Virus record (IMG/VR): IMGVR_UViG_3300015366_000230
Span: 1-50,792 of that record
Origin: a virus
Lineage: Duplodnaviria > Caudoviricetes
Reading direction: 5' to 3' (one strand)
Length of the DNA stretch: 50,792 bases
Shown: piece by piece, positions 28,961-38,882 of the stretch
Numbering within the stretch: the stretch's first letter is position 1
Layout of the letters: each line of letters begins with the position of its first letter
Notes under the pieces: generated by a model
The model's input: the letters and a program-made list of their open reading frames with translations, nothing else
The model's database searches: none
What the model was told of the DNA's origin: nothing
Made by a program: the position numbers and the translations under genes

Positions 28961-29707
28961 ATGCAAAAAATCAATTATCTATTAAACGGGCGGCTTGCCG
29001 CTATTAAAACGCGCGCCGAGCGTAACGCCGTGCACAATCCCGAGGGCGCATACAAGAGCGCGCTAGAGTATCAGGTGAAATATGGGCGCCGTGGCTGGAT
29101 CAGGTACGATAGCGCTAACGATTATGACGACGCGGGCAATATGCGCCGTTATGATCTTAACGGGTTTGACGTCACGCCAATTCAAGAAATTAGCCCCCGC
29201 GTTTTTGATTATTCGGGTTATTATGCTGACAATTTTCAGATGGAGCTAATTAAGCCCTATATTGTGAAGATCAAAGCGGGCAAAAAAGGCGTATTTATCG
29301 CGCCCGCTATCGCTTATTCTGATTGTGACATAGCGACAATTTACCTAAGCCGCGGGCAATTAGCCCCAAATGATCCCCAAGATTTGGCGCAACAATCCGC
29401 GATATATGACGCGGCGCGAATTGCGGATTATCTAGCCGAGCGCGAAGCCGAGCGAAGCCGCGAAGCGGACGCGCAATTTCAAGCAGAGCAGCAACGCGAA
29501 GAGCTAGCCCAAGAGATAAGCGAAGCGCGCAAAACGGCGCGCGGCTTAATTGCTGCCATTCGCGCGCAACGCCGCGCGGGAATTGATCTAGGCGGCGCAA
29601 TATGCGACGCGCTAACGGATAAGCTCCGCGAATATCGGCGCGACGTTATCAAGGCTAGAGAGCGCCGCGAAGCTCTAGCCGTCAATTATTGGCTAGCCGT
29701 TGATTAA
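28961..29707 (+). CDS. hypothetical early protein with C-terminal coiled coil
   Basis: GAGGG RBS, 248 aa. Confidence 0.7.
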   Translation: MQKINYLLNGRLAAIKTRAERNAVHNPEGAYKSALEYQVKYGRRGWIRYDSANDYDDAGNMRRYDLNGFDVTPIQEISPRVFDYSGYYADNFQMELIKPYIVKIKAGKKGVFIAPAIAYSDCDIATIYLSRGQLAPNDPQDLAQQSAIYDAARIADYLAEREAERSREADAQFQAEQQREELAQEISEARKTARGLIAAIRAQRRAGIDLGGAICDALTDKLREYRRDVIKARERREALAVNYWLAVD

Positions 29708-29726
29708 ATATGATTAGATAAACAAC

Positions 29727-29749
29727 GCCGCCGTATAGGGCGGCTTTTT
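29727..29749 (+). terminator. Rho-independent terminator
   Basis: GCCGCC-gtatag-GGCGGC followed by T5. Confidence 0.75.
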
Positions 29750-30071
29750 CTCTTATTAGCCCCTAGCCCCGAGCTATTTGCTCGCAGGTATTGGGCGGGC
29801 TATTGTCGCGAATATCGCGGGCGCTAAAGGCGCGCGGGGTATTGCCGAGAATAACGCCCTTGCATTATTCGCAAGCCATTGTGCGCCCTTGCGCGCCCCC
29901 GCTTGTGCTCTTTCACAATTTGCCGATTATTGGCGGGGATATATGCGCGCGCTATAAAGCGCCCCGCCGCGCCTTATGGTATCAAGCGCAACCAATAAAA
30001 ACCTTTATTCTATAAGGCGCGGACGCTTACATTTTTGCATAAACTTAAAGTAAAACTTTAAATATGCGTTG

Positions 30072-30084
30072 TAAGTGATTGATT
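30072..30084 (-). promoter_or_regulatory. IHF consensus site
   Basis: AATCAATCACTTA matches WATCAANNNNTTR. Confidence 0.45.
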
Positions 30085-30251
30085 TTATTGGACTTAGGGT
30101 TTACCCCTATGCTAAATGAGAATTATTCTCAGTTAAAAATACAAAAACGGGGTTTTTGGCAATAAAAAAGATGGGGGCTACTCGCTGCGTCTGGTCGACC
30201 GTGTAGTCACAATCCAACAACCCAGCATTCGCTTTCACCCCCCTAAGAGGA

Positions 30252-30413
30252 TTAACTTGTTTTGCTTGGGCGTCCGCCCAGCTTGCCGTTATTTTGTACG
30301 GCTTGTGTTTTAGCAGGCGATGATACGTGCCCGCCCTTTGTGCCCAAAGCTTTAGCTGCTTTTGACAGCGTAAACTTAACGGCACCTGAATCATTACGAG
30401 TTGGTTTGTTCAT
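30252..30413 (-). CDS. 53-aa basic KGG/NGKLGGRP-motif protein (replaces track ORF 30107..30394)
   Basis: MNKPTRNDSGAVKFTLSKAAKALGTKGGHVSSPAKTQAVQNNGKLGGRPSKTS*, AGGA RBS. Confidence 0.7.
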   Translation of the reverse strand: MNKPTRNDSGAVKFTLSKAAKALGTKGGHVSSPAKTQAVQNNGKLGGRPSKTS

Positions 30414-30478
30414 ATTATTTTCCTAGAAAATGCTAAACCTAAGCGCTTAGGGTAGGGTGTATACACATTGTATATACA

Positions 30479-30655
30479 TTAATGCAAACGGCAAGGCGTG
30501 TACATTACATAGCCTTCGGGCGCGGACAGTAGCTTGACAATCGCTTTATCTTCAATGATTTGAGCTAGCTTCATCAACTCCGATTCAATGCACACAATCT
30601 CTAATGCGTTAAAGCCAGCTTGTTCGCTTAAATCAAATAGTTCTTCTTGAGTCAT
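30479..30655 (-). CDS. 58-aa hypothetical protein (not in the ORF track)
   Basis: MTQEELFDLSEQAGF...; TAATG-coupled to the primase stop. Confidence 0.6.
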   Translation of the reverse strand: MTQEELFDLSEQAGFNALEIVCIESELMKLAQIIEDKAIVKLLSAPEGYVMYTPCRLH

Positions 30656-32994
30656 TATGCGCTCCGTTTTATATCTAATACCACGGCTTTTGGCTCTGGT
30701 GGTACTTCAATCATACGCCTCAAATCGGACTTTTTGTACTTCTCTTTTAATTCTGGCGCTACAAAGATATGCTTCTTGTTTGAATAGTCGTTCGATGCAA
30801 TACGCCCCATGTCTATCCAGCCGGCTTCTTTGAGTGCATGAAGCAAAGCGGCTTGGGGTACCTTGGTTCCCGATGGCGCTAAACTAGATAGCTTATCGCA
30901 CACAAGATGGAATGGTGAACCAATCACACCGCGGCTAAACTCACCCATGCGATTCTTAAGCATCTCTACGATAAAGGACTCAGCCATTGACCTACCATGC
31001 TCAATCAAGTTCAACTTAAACTCAGTCATGCTTGGAGTTGCGCCCGGATTGAAATGAGATACATCGCGATCCCAAAGACTAGCAGCTATTTGCTCAAAGC
31101 CCCCAGCTAAATACCATTCCCAAATAGCTTTACCTTCGTAGTCTTTCATGCGTGGGCTGTCAGACTGAATTGCAAACCAACGGCGATCTTGTGATGCTAA
31201 GCTAATTGGAATTTGTTCGTTTGAAAATGCCAATACAAAAAGCCTATTAGCCATTTGATAGGGGTGCAAACCCTTACGATTAATGTTGAGCATTTCAGGC
31301 GGCGCTGCAATGATTGGCTTGAGTTTATTGGCAAGCGCGCGCCGTGCTGCTGCATCTGGCTCTTTTAACTCATTAATAATAAGAATCTCAGACTCTAAGT
31401 CATAACCCCATTGCGAATTCAAACTGTCACTATCCATGTAGCCGCGGTTTTTTAAACGTGAGCCACATACTGACCAGATAAACGGTGCCCACATGGTATC
31501 TTTACCGCAACCTTCATCTCCTACATGCAAAACAGCATGGTTAATTTTGATCTTTGGATTTTGCAATTTGAATGCCATGATATCAAGCAGATGGCTGCGG
31601 TCTTGCTCGTCTGGCACCAAACGCTCAACCAACTCTGTCCAAACAGAAATATCGTTAACTTTCACTTTTTCTACGTTAGGACGGGCATCAACCCAACGGT
31701 TGCCGTAGATGTCACCTTCGCGCCCAACGAGTACTGACTCGCCAGCCGCGTAAGTAATACCAACTACAGCTTTAGCGTTGTGAGCTTGTCTGTTTTCGTC
31801 ATAACAAACTGAGGCTTCGATTTTTCGTCCAGTGTGAACTGATCGGCAATTAACGTGTCGAAATATTGCGTTAAACGTGCCTCGAGAGATCTCCCGTCTT
31901 TCGACAAGATCGAAGTAAGCGTCGTCATCTTGGACATACGCAAATCGTTCATACCATTCTTCCTTTTCTATTCTTGCTAATTCTTTTCGTTCTACTTCAG
32001 CAATGATTTTGGAAGTATCTGAAAACATAGTTGATGGCTCAATCTTTTCTAAAGCTTTAGCCATTTTTTCGGTTAATAATTCGGAACGTACTCCGGGGCG
32101 ATGCTTTGGCGCACCATTTTCTGCTGCCCATGCTAAATACGCGTGAGAATCAAAATCTTGGCAATGTTCGTGATAACAGCAAAATGCCCGATTAACAGGG
32201 TGATAGCGAGCCATTGGATTACCATCGCTATGCTCCGCACTATTAGGGCAAATAATTCCGTACCAACCAGCACCATTGGCAGGCTCTAGCAACATTCCAT
32301 TATCAGCGATCCACTGCAAAATGTCATCATCGCCGTTATCTTCTAAGGCGATACGCTGCATGGAGGCTGTGTCTGCATCATTCGGCACAACCTCCAGCGC
32401 GTCACAGATCTGCTCAAGCGTAAATTTTCGATCGGCGTGAAATTCTAATAGCTTGGCAGCAAAATTGTTTTTACCGGGTTTAAGGTTAACTGAACCGGGC
32501 ACTCGCACGTTGCGAACGGCATTGGTAGCACCGCCATCGGTATAACCTGCATTGGCAATCGCGGTAATGGCTGCGGTGAACTCACCTTTAGTAGGCTGAG
32601 CATCAAGCGCAAAAACGTACCCCCACTGCTCGTTGCCGGGGGAAGTTTCAAGCTTCCATGTAGGATCTAACGGCGGGCGTTTGGATTTGGTTCCGATGTC
32701 ATCGCACATCAAAAAGAGCACATGCTCGCAATTGGCAGATGAAGCGGACAACTTGCCCGCAGCAAAACGATCAACAAGAAAACTACCTGTGTTGACGTAC
32801 AACGCCGTATCAGGCTTGATTTTGGTAGGTAATGAAGGAATCCAAGTGTACTTTGGTGTTCCATCTCCATGCAAAACAGGCTGTCCATCCTTCTTTACTG
32901 GCTTTTGTTGTACTAATAGAAGAGTTTCGCCTTCCGCAGGTAACTTCGATAAATATTCAATAAATTCAATTTGTGATATTATTTTGGGAGCCAT
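30655..32994 (-). CDS. primase-helicase (RepB-like primase + D5/DUF5906-type NTPase)
   Basis: DD.G...LETSPGN.Q.GY, RVPGS.N.K primase motifs; Cys/His zinc region; Walker A GDEGCGKD. Confidence 0.85.
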   Translation of the reverse strand: MAPKIISQIEFIEYLSKLPAEGETLLLVQQKPVKKDGQPVLHGDGTPKYTWIPSLPTKIKPDTALYVNTGSFLVDRFAAGKLSASSANCEHVLFLMCDDIGTKSKRPPLDPTWKLETSPGNEQWGYVFALDAQPTKGEFTAAITAIANAGYTDGGATNAVRNVRVPGSVNLKPGKNNFAAKLLEFHADRKFTLEQICDALEVVPNDADTASMQRIALEDNGDDDILQWIADNGMLLEPANGAGWYGIICPNSAEHSDGNPMARYHPVNRAFCCYHEHCQDFDSHAYLAWAAENGAPKHRPGVRSELLTEKMAKALEKIEPSTMFSDTSKIIAEVERKELARIEKEEWYERFAYVQDDDAYFDLVERREISRGTFNAIFRHVNCRSVHTGRKIEASVCYDENRQAHNAKAVVGITYAAGESVLVGREGDIYGNRWVDARPNVEKVKVNDISVWTELVERLVPDEQDRSHLLDIMAFKLQNPKIKINHAVLHVGDEGCGKDTMWAPFIWSVCGSRLKNRGYMDSDSLNSQWGYDLESEILIINELKEPDAAARRALANKLKPIIAAPPEMLNINRKGLHPYQMANRLFVLAFSNEQIPISLASQDRRWFAIQSDSPRMKDYEGKAIWEWYLAGGFEQIAASLWDRDVSHFNPGATPSMTEFKLNLIEHGRSMAESFIVEMLKNRMGEFSRGVIGSPFHLVCDKLSSLAPSGTKVPQAALLHALKEAGWIDMGRIASNDYSNKKHIFVAPELKEKYKKSDLRRMIEVPPEPKAVVLDIKRSA

Positions 32995-33016
32995 TTAATC
33001 CTCTAGTTATTGGTTA

Positions 33017-33053
33017 GAAAAGGTCTAAATCTCATAAGGGTTTAGACCTTTTC
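33017..33053. terminator. hairpin between the polymerase and primase genes
   Basis: GAAAAGGTCTAAA...TTTAGACCTTTTC, a 13-bp perfect inverted repeat. Confidence 0.6.
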
Positions 33054-33075
33054 GCTTTATTGGACAATCAGTTTA

Positions 33076-35022
33076 CTACTTTCCATATCGGGACATAATC
33101 TTAATCTCTACGTCTAAGGGTAAGCCCTCAGCCCAAACGGGCGCTTGACGCATAACAGATTCCATCTCGCATTTTACTTCTTCTGGACGGTCTGTTTCTA
33201 TAACAATTTCATCGTGGACGTGGAGAACAACATTATCCAACTGGCGTAAAGAATTACGCAATATATCATTAGCAACAGCTTGAGTAATATTTTCACAAGC
33301 AAGCCCTTTCCAAAGTCTAGCTCTAGCCCATTCGGTAGCCATTGCAGCCGGTTTCCACGCCGCTTTCGCATAGGAAACCCCCTCCTCATCTAAGCGGGCA
33401 TAGGGGTAGCATAACACGCGCCCGCTTGGAAGTGCGTACCAAAGATGCTGAGTATCATACAAATACGTTACCCGACCCGCGCTAAATTCATAGCCCGGAT
33501 TACGCATCGCTCTGGTATAGGCTGATTCAAGTTCTTGCCAGTAAAGCACCGCCCATTGGTTTGCTCGGCGCCATGCGTCCACAGTCTTTCGAGCGTCAGA
33601 CTCGGGTAGAATTACACCGTAATTGCGACCCATCGCAGCAAAAGCACCAATGCCACCACCATAACCACATGAAAGAATAGCGACCTTGCCAATCTGTCTT
33701 TTAGAGTCAGTAACTTCATTTTCTGAACAGCTAAATATACTTGCAGCTTCTTTAACATAAATATCCTTTCCAGTTCTGAAAATATCCAAAACTGATTCAG
33801 CCGTAGGCTGATTTGAAAGCCATGGATTGCACCGAGCTTCAATGCCCGCCCAGTCTGCTACTACTAGGTATTTACCCTTAGCTGGAATAATTGCTGGCCG
33901 TAACATGCCTTTTAGCACATCTGTCACTCTTTTGCCATACTGCGGCACAATATCACCGCCTTTGACCATTGCATCGCGTACCAACTCAGGCTCTTTGGCG
34001 CATTTACGAGTAAAGTTGTGAACTTGTAGCCCAAAGCTAGAAGCCCTTCCCGTAGCCGAACCGCCATTAAACATAAAGGCACCGCGAACGCGGTGATCTT
34101 CTTCATCAGCAAGGTTGACCATGCGTTGAAACTTGGCAACCGAAGATGCCCACAAGTCATCAGCACACTGAATTACGTCAGCGACGTGAGGTGGTACTTG
34201 GTCTGGGTTTTCATCAGAAAAAGCTAAGAGAGTATTGCGGACATTTTTGTCAATTGAATACTTCTTTCGACCCTCCTTGTAACTCTCCATGAGCTTGAGC
34301 GCTTCTTCACCAACCCGCGACTGAACCCACTCCCGCATCTTGGGAGAACGAACCGAGGTAATTTCACCTTTGGTGATTTCAACCACGAGCTTTTGTACTT
34401 CCGCGATCTCTTCTTCCGAGTAAAGCATAGCAGCTTGGGCAAGTGGTACGTCGACCAATACACCCTTATCATTAATAAGCTCGTTGATATGGTAATCATT
34501 TAATTCTTCCTTTGATAGCGGACGCATGGCTTTGCTAATGTTTCGCATTACCCGAACGTCTTGTTCGCAATACTCAACCATTTCCTTCATTAGTTTCGGA
34601 TCATCGTTAAATGTTCCATCAGGCTGTGGAATCGATAGGGCGCGAACCAATTGAGAACCTCTAAAATCCTTACGCATTGAGGCACCAGAAAACCGCCCAA
34701 CATCCTCAAGAGAACCGGGAGCGCAGTTGGCTCGAGCTTGCGTAGCAGTACAATAAAATTGCTCTAGCTTAAAGTTCACCTGCAAGACATACCAAAAGAT
34801 TAAACGCTCGAACGCTGCATTGTGAGCGTAAATCATGCCTTTGTGCTGCATGATTTTTTCTGGAAAAGGCATGTCAGGCATCCACGTCACAACCTCGTCA
34901 TTGTCGAACGCATACGACATACACAAGACTTCTGTAGAAAGGTCTTGCGCGTAGTTGTATACACCGCGCGTCAGCAGGTTGCAACGGGACTTGGTTTCAA
35001 AGTCAACCCAAAGAATGGACAT
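33076..35022 (-). CDS. polA: family A DNA polymerase with 3'-5' exonuclease
   Basis: DFET, AHNAAFE, Y...DV exonuclease motifs; DWAGIEAR, R...K...L...YG, HVHDEI polymerase motifs. Confidence 0.92.
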   Translation of the reverse strand: MSILWVDFETKSRCNLLTRGVYNYAQDLSTEVLCMSYAFDNDEVVTWMPDMPFPEKIMQHKGMIYAHNAAFERLIFWYVLQVNFKLEQFYCTATQARANCAPGSLEDVGRFSGASMRKDFRGSQLVRALSIPQPDGTFNDDPKLMKEMVEYCEQDVRVMRNISKAMRPLSKEELNDYHINELINDKGVLVDVPLAQAAMLYSEEEIAEVQKLVVEITKGEITSVRSPKMREWVQSRVGEEALKLMESYKEGRKKYSIDKNVRNTLLAFSDENPDQVPPHVADVIQCADDLWASSVAKFQRMVNLADEEDHRVRGAFMFNGGSATGRASSFGLQVHNFTRKCAKEPELVRDAMVKGGDIVPQYGKRVTDVLKGMLRPAIIPAKGKYLVVADWAGIEARCNPWLSNQPTAESVLDIFRTGKDIYVKEAASIFSCSENEVTDSKRQIGKVAILSCGYGGGIGAFAAMGRNYGVILPESDARKTVDAWRRANQWAVLYWQELESAYTRAMRNPGYEFSAGRVTYLYDTQHLWYALPSGRVLCYPYARLDEEGVSYAKAAWKPAAMATEWARARLWKGLACENITQAVANDILRNSLRQLDNVVLHVHDEIVIETDRPEEVKCEMESVMRQAPVWAEGLPLDVEIKIMSRYGK

Positions 35023-35219
35023 TATTTTCCTTGTTGATGTCTGCGACCTGAACCTTTACGCGTATGCGATAAGCTTTTGGTGTGATGCACTTTTTCGCTT
35101 TTATTTACTAATCCGGGAAAAATGTTTTTAATATTTACATGCGCGGCTTTAACCATTGCCATTTTTACTTCGCTAATCTGTCTACGCTCATCTGGCGTTA
35201 AGTTTGTTCTATCTACCAT
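35022..35219 (-). CDS. small basic hypothetical protein
   Basis: GAGGA RBS; coupled to the polymerase start. Confidence 0.6.
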   Translation of the reverse strand: MVDRTNLTPDERRQISEVKMAMVKAAHVNIKNIFPGLVNKSEKVHHTKSLSHTRKGSGRRHQQGK

Positions 35220-35320
35220 GATTATTCCTCTAGTTAAATTAGGTGGGGTTAGTAAGTCTTTTTAGTCTGAAATCTCTTCGAGCCATAGAGCTGAATAGTG
35301 TCGAACTAACCCCATATTCA

Positions 35321-35992
35321 TTACACTGCTGCGCGGCGGCGACGTACTGGCGTTGCGGAAGCTGGCGCCTCTTCAATCTCTGCTTCTTTTGCTTCTAACT
35401 GTGGCGCGTCAGTCGCAGACTCTACATCAATTGATTCAAAACGAATCACGCGGATCTTCGGTGTATACACCTTGCCATAAGACTTGTGTGTATAGTGCTC
35501 AGTTTCGAGCGCTACGATAGCAACAGGTTTACTAGAATCCTTCTCAATTTGCTCGGCAATCTCAACGCCCAGCGCTTGAATAGCACGTTTGCCACCGGTT
35601 GCGGTTGTTGCCCAACGAGCTGTTAGCCCCTTGTCATCGCCGTTAATGCAAGTCAATTCCAAACCCACTTGCACTTCCCAGCCTTTTTTAGCGTTGGCTG
35701 GCGCTGGCTCAAGTTCTGGCAAAGGCTGATTGATGGGAACCATCTTTTCACCCAAGACTTCACTCGCCCCCCAAGCAATATACCCATGTACAAAGCTAAA
35801 AGGGTTAATTGCCCATTCAGATCCATCTTGAGTTTCAGTCTGATCGCTACCAAAAACCCAATGACCTGTTTTGTCCATTTTGATAATAACAGTACCAACA
35901 TCGGTGACGTTAGCTAAGTTGGACTTTAGTGCTGCGGATAAATCTGCTACTGCTGGAAGGTTTGCACCTTTAAATGTGGTCAAATTGCTCAT
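35321..35992 (-). CDS. putative ssDNA-binding protein
   Basis: located between exonuclease and polymerase; aromatic beta core, acidic tail, terminal RRRR. Confidence 0.55.
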   Translation of the reverse strand: MSNLTTFKGANLPAVADLSAALKSNLANVTDVGTVIIKMDKTGHWVFGSDQTETQDGSEWAINPFSFVHGYIAWGASEVLGEKMVPINQPLPELEPAPANAKKGWEVQVGLELTCINGDDKGLTARWATTATGGKRAIQALGVEIAEQIEKDSSKPVAIVALETEHYTHKSYGKVYTPKIRVIRFESIDVESATDAPQLEAKEAEIEEAPASATPVRRRRAAV

Positions 35993-36004
35993 TGCTCTTT
36001 GCTC

Positions 36005-37132
36005 CTAGTTAAGTTTATTTAAGGCAGCGGTGAGTTGCTTGCCGATTTGTAAAACCTCTGGTCTGGGATCACTCTCAGGCACCAAAGTACTGCCACTGCT
36101 TACTGCAACTACTAAATCTTGTGGTATTTCATACCCAAAAGGCTTTAATGCTTTTTCCATTTGAGCAGGAGATTTTAGTTTGCGCGGTTCATAAACTACA
36201 CCACCTTCATATTTTGAAAAATAATTTTGTGCTTCTTTATCGTCTGACCATTGGCGTATGGCTCTTTTAGCTACTAGCTTATAGCCGGGCACTCTTACGT
36301 CAGATTCCAACATTTGGTGTGCCAACTCACGCAACTCTTTGATCCAATCTTCAAGAACATCGGCTTGTTGCAAATACGTTGCAATCAAATCAGGCTTTAA
36401 ATCTTTAAGTGCAAGTTGTGTTGAACGTGCTACCGAATCCGTCATAATTGGGCAAACAGGTTTGGCAGCGCACCAACGGCAATGGCTGCCCGATTGCATC
36501 GGCGCATCTTTACGTTTGGCTTCTTTGACTGCAATAGAAAGTTGTTGTTCAAACTCTTTAATACGTTCAGGGGTAGTTACCCAACGACGCATTTCAGGTG
36601 GCTGGACAATAATGATTTCTACTTCGTCAACATCCTCAAACGCCCATTTTGTCTTTTCAGTGCGCATAGCGGCTGCTGCATAAAACATCCCCTGATAGTT
36701 TTCTTCAGCTTCAACGATAACGCCAGAACCAAACTTCCAGTCAATGACTTTAGCTGAACGCTTTAACTTACCAATGACGTCAGCCGAACCAAACACACCC
36801 GGCAAATAATCACCAAAGTCGACTTCAGACTCAACTGAAATACGCATCTCGCATTCAGGATCGATTTCATCAAGGCTACGTAAAGCGAAGACAATCTTTT
36901 CGTCGTAAAGTTCTTGTGTAACAACCAGTTCTTTGTATTTAAAACCAATGATGTCGCTGGGATTTAAATCTTTTTCTAAAATTTCTGCGATTGCGTTATG
37001 TAGCAAGGTTCCTTCATCAGCGTACTTGCTAGAAGGCTTTGGAGGCATCTTGGCGCATAGCGCTACGGACGCTGGGCACTTGATTACCCGTGAAGCGGTG
37101 GAACCACCTACAATTGCTGAATGTTTTGCCAT
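36005..37132 (-). CDS. Cas4-like PD-(D/E)xK exonuclease (DUF2800-like)
   Basis: H....S...R...CP.S, A.EGT..H, G.AD...DWKFG, Q...YA, C.WC....C. Confidence 0.85.
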   Translation of the reverse strand: MAKHSAIVGGSTASRVIKCPASVALCAKMPPKPSSKYADEGTLLHNAIAEILEKDLNPSDIIGFKYKELVVTQELYDEKIVFALRSLDEIDPECEMRISVESEVDFGDYLPGVFGSADVIGKLKRSAKVIDWKFGSGVIVEAEENYQGMFYAAAAMRTEKTKWAFEDVDEVEIIIVQPPEMRRWVTTPERIKEFEQQLSIAVKEAKRKDAPMQSGSHCRWCAAKPVCPIMTDSVARSTQLALKDLKPDLIATYLQQADVLEDWIKELRELAHQMLESDVRVPGYKLVAKRAIRQWSDDKEAQNYFSKYEGGVVYEPRKLKSPAQMEKALKPFGYEIPQDLVVAVSSGSTLVPESDPRPEVLQIGKQLTAALNKLN

Positions 37133-37210
37133 TTTTCCTTAATCCTTTTTTCTTTAGAACTTTTAGTGTAACAGATTATTTTTTGTGTGCAACAACTTTT
37201 GTGATAAATT

Positions 37211-37492
37211 ATGAATGAACGTGAACGCGAAATAGAAAAGTACTTTGTTTGGTCAGTGGAATCTATAGGCGGAAAAACTTATAAGTTTAAGTCTACAACT
37301 CAACGTGGCGTGTCTGATCGCATCGCTTGTATTCCGAATGGACATACATGGTTTGTAGAATTAAAAAGACCAAAGGGTGGGTATTTATCACCAATGCAAG
37401 AAATATTTCGCGATGATGTTGTAGCTTTAAAACAACGATATGTTTGTTTATATACGAAAGAAATGATTAATGAATGGATTGCTAAAGCTTAG
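37211..37492 (+). CDS. VRR-NUC domain nuclease
   Basis: E..IE, GV.DR......FVELK...G..S..Q. Confidence 0.85.
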   Translation: MNEREREIEKYFVWSVESIGGKTYKFKSTTQRGVSDRIACIPNGHTWFVELKRPKGGYLSPMQEIFRDDVVALKQRYVCLYTKEMINEWIAKA

Positions 37493-38816
37493 GGACTATC
37501 AAGAAAAAGCTGTTGACTTCTTGTATGAGAACGACAGGGCAATGGTTTTAGCATCAGTGGGCGCGGGTAAGACGGCAATTGCATTGACCGCCATGCAAGA
37601 AATGATTAGTAACAAATATGTTAATAGGTGGTTAGTATTAGCTCCTAAGCGCGTCTGCACCGATGTTTGGAAACAAGAACGTGACAAGTGGGCGCCACAG
37701 TTATCCATTGCGATTTGCGTCGGCACAGCTAAACAACGGTTAGCGGCGCTTAAAAGCAATGCTCGCGTAGTTGTCATTAACTACGACAACATTCAATGGC
37801 TAACCGAACAGTATTTAGATTTTGATGGCATTGTGTTTGATGAGTTAACCAAGCTCAAAAACCCATCAGGCGCACGATTTAAAGCATTAAATAAAGTACT
37901 TGATAGCGTACTAATCCGTTGGGGGTTGACCGGATCTTTTACCAGCAATGGTTTAGAGGATGTCTTTGGTCAATGCAAAATCGTTGACCAGAAGCTGTTA
38001 GGTCGTAGCAAGGGCGCTTTCTTACAACAATACTTTGTATGTATCAATCGCGATTTTGGTGAATGGCAGCCCAGATTAGGATCGCTAGAATCAGTAATGC
38101 AACGTATTCGTCCTTCAACATTTCTATTAGAGTCATCTGAGTATAAAGATAAGCTTCCACCACTCCACACCGTAGAGATACGTTGCGATTTGCCAGATCG
38201 CGAACCCTACGAGAAGATGAAGAAAGATTTTGTGCATCAATTCCCTGAAGCAAAGGTAGTTGCCGCAAACTCGGCTGTAGTCACACAAAAACTACAGCAG
38301 ATGGCATCTGGCTTTTGTTATTATACCGAAAAATCAGTGTCTAATACACCCGGGCAGTTTGATATTAAGCAAACGCCAGTATGGTTTTCAGACCACAGGT
38401 TCGAGTTGTTAGAAGATTTGTTAGCCGAGAATCAACGCGCCAATACCCTGATTGTCTACAACTACAAAGAAGAGTTAGCTGAACTTAAACGTCGTTATCC
38501 GCAAGCTGTCACTTTTGACGATAAGGATGCAATCGAACGCTGGAACGCAGGCAAGGTTGAGTTGTTACTGATTCACCCCAAGTCCGCAGGGCATGGCTTA
38601 AACCTTCAGCATGGTGGCAATAAGCTGGTATTTATTAGCCTACCTTGGAGCTTGGAGCTGTACGAGCAAACTATTGGGCGATTGCATCGTAGCGGGCAAA
38701 CGCAGGATGTATGGTGTTACATCTTGTTAACCAATAAAACAATCGATGAACGCATCTGGGCAGCGTTGGCGGATAAGCGAGCTATTAGTGATATAGCGAT
38801 TGAAGAGTTGAAATAG
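37470..38816 (+). CDS. SNF2-like DEAD/H helicase
   Basis: LRDYQ, G.GKT, FDE, LTG, GHGLNLQ, Q..GR..R.GQ. Confidence 0.9.
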   Translation: MNGLLKLRDYQEKAVDFLYENDRAMVLASVGAGKTAIALTAMQEMISNKYVNRWLVLAPKRVCTDVWKQERDKWAPQLSIAICVGTAKQRLAALKSNARVVVINYDNIQWLTEQYLDFDGIVFDELTKLKNPSGARFKALNKVLDSVLIRWGLTGSFTSNGLEDVFGQCKIVDQKLLGRSKGAFLQQYFVCINRDFGEWQPRLGSLESVMQRIRPSTFLLESSEYKDKLPPLHTVEIRCDLPDREPYEKMKKDFVHQFPEAKVVAANSAVVTQKLQQMASGFCYYTEKSVSNTPGQFDIKQTPVWFSDHRFELLEDLLAENQRANTLIVYNYKEELAELKRRYPQAVTFDDKDAIERWNAGKVELLLIHPKSAGHGLNLQHGGNKLVFISLPWSLELYEQTIGRLHRSGQTQDVWCYILLTNKTIDERIWAALADKRAISDIAIEELK

Positions 38817-38882
38817 CAAAAAAGCAACACAATGCTTTACAAGACAAATAAATCTGTTACAGTAACTAAAACGGAGAAAGAA

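Noticed and set aside
29791-30015. track ORF after the early terminator
   Set aside because: TTG start, lies beyond the terminator, no recognisable motif
30107-30394. track ORF of 95 aa
   Set aside because: The overlapping frame 30413-30252 has an RBS and a recognisable KGG/GGRP motif
30450-30457. KOPS GGGTAGGG near the dif-like site
   Set aside because: A single 8-mer is expected by chance; no polarised series seen
33076-35022. Z-genome (DpoZ) polymerase
   Set aside because: No purZ recognised in the nearly complete genome
36005-37132. Cas4 as part of a CRISPR system
   Set aside because: Standard replication-module exonuclease next to SSB and PolA
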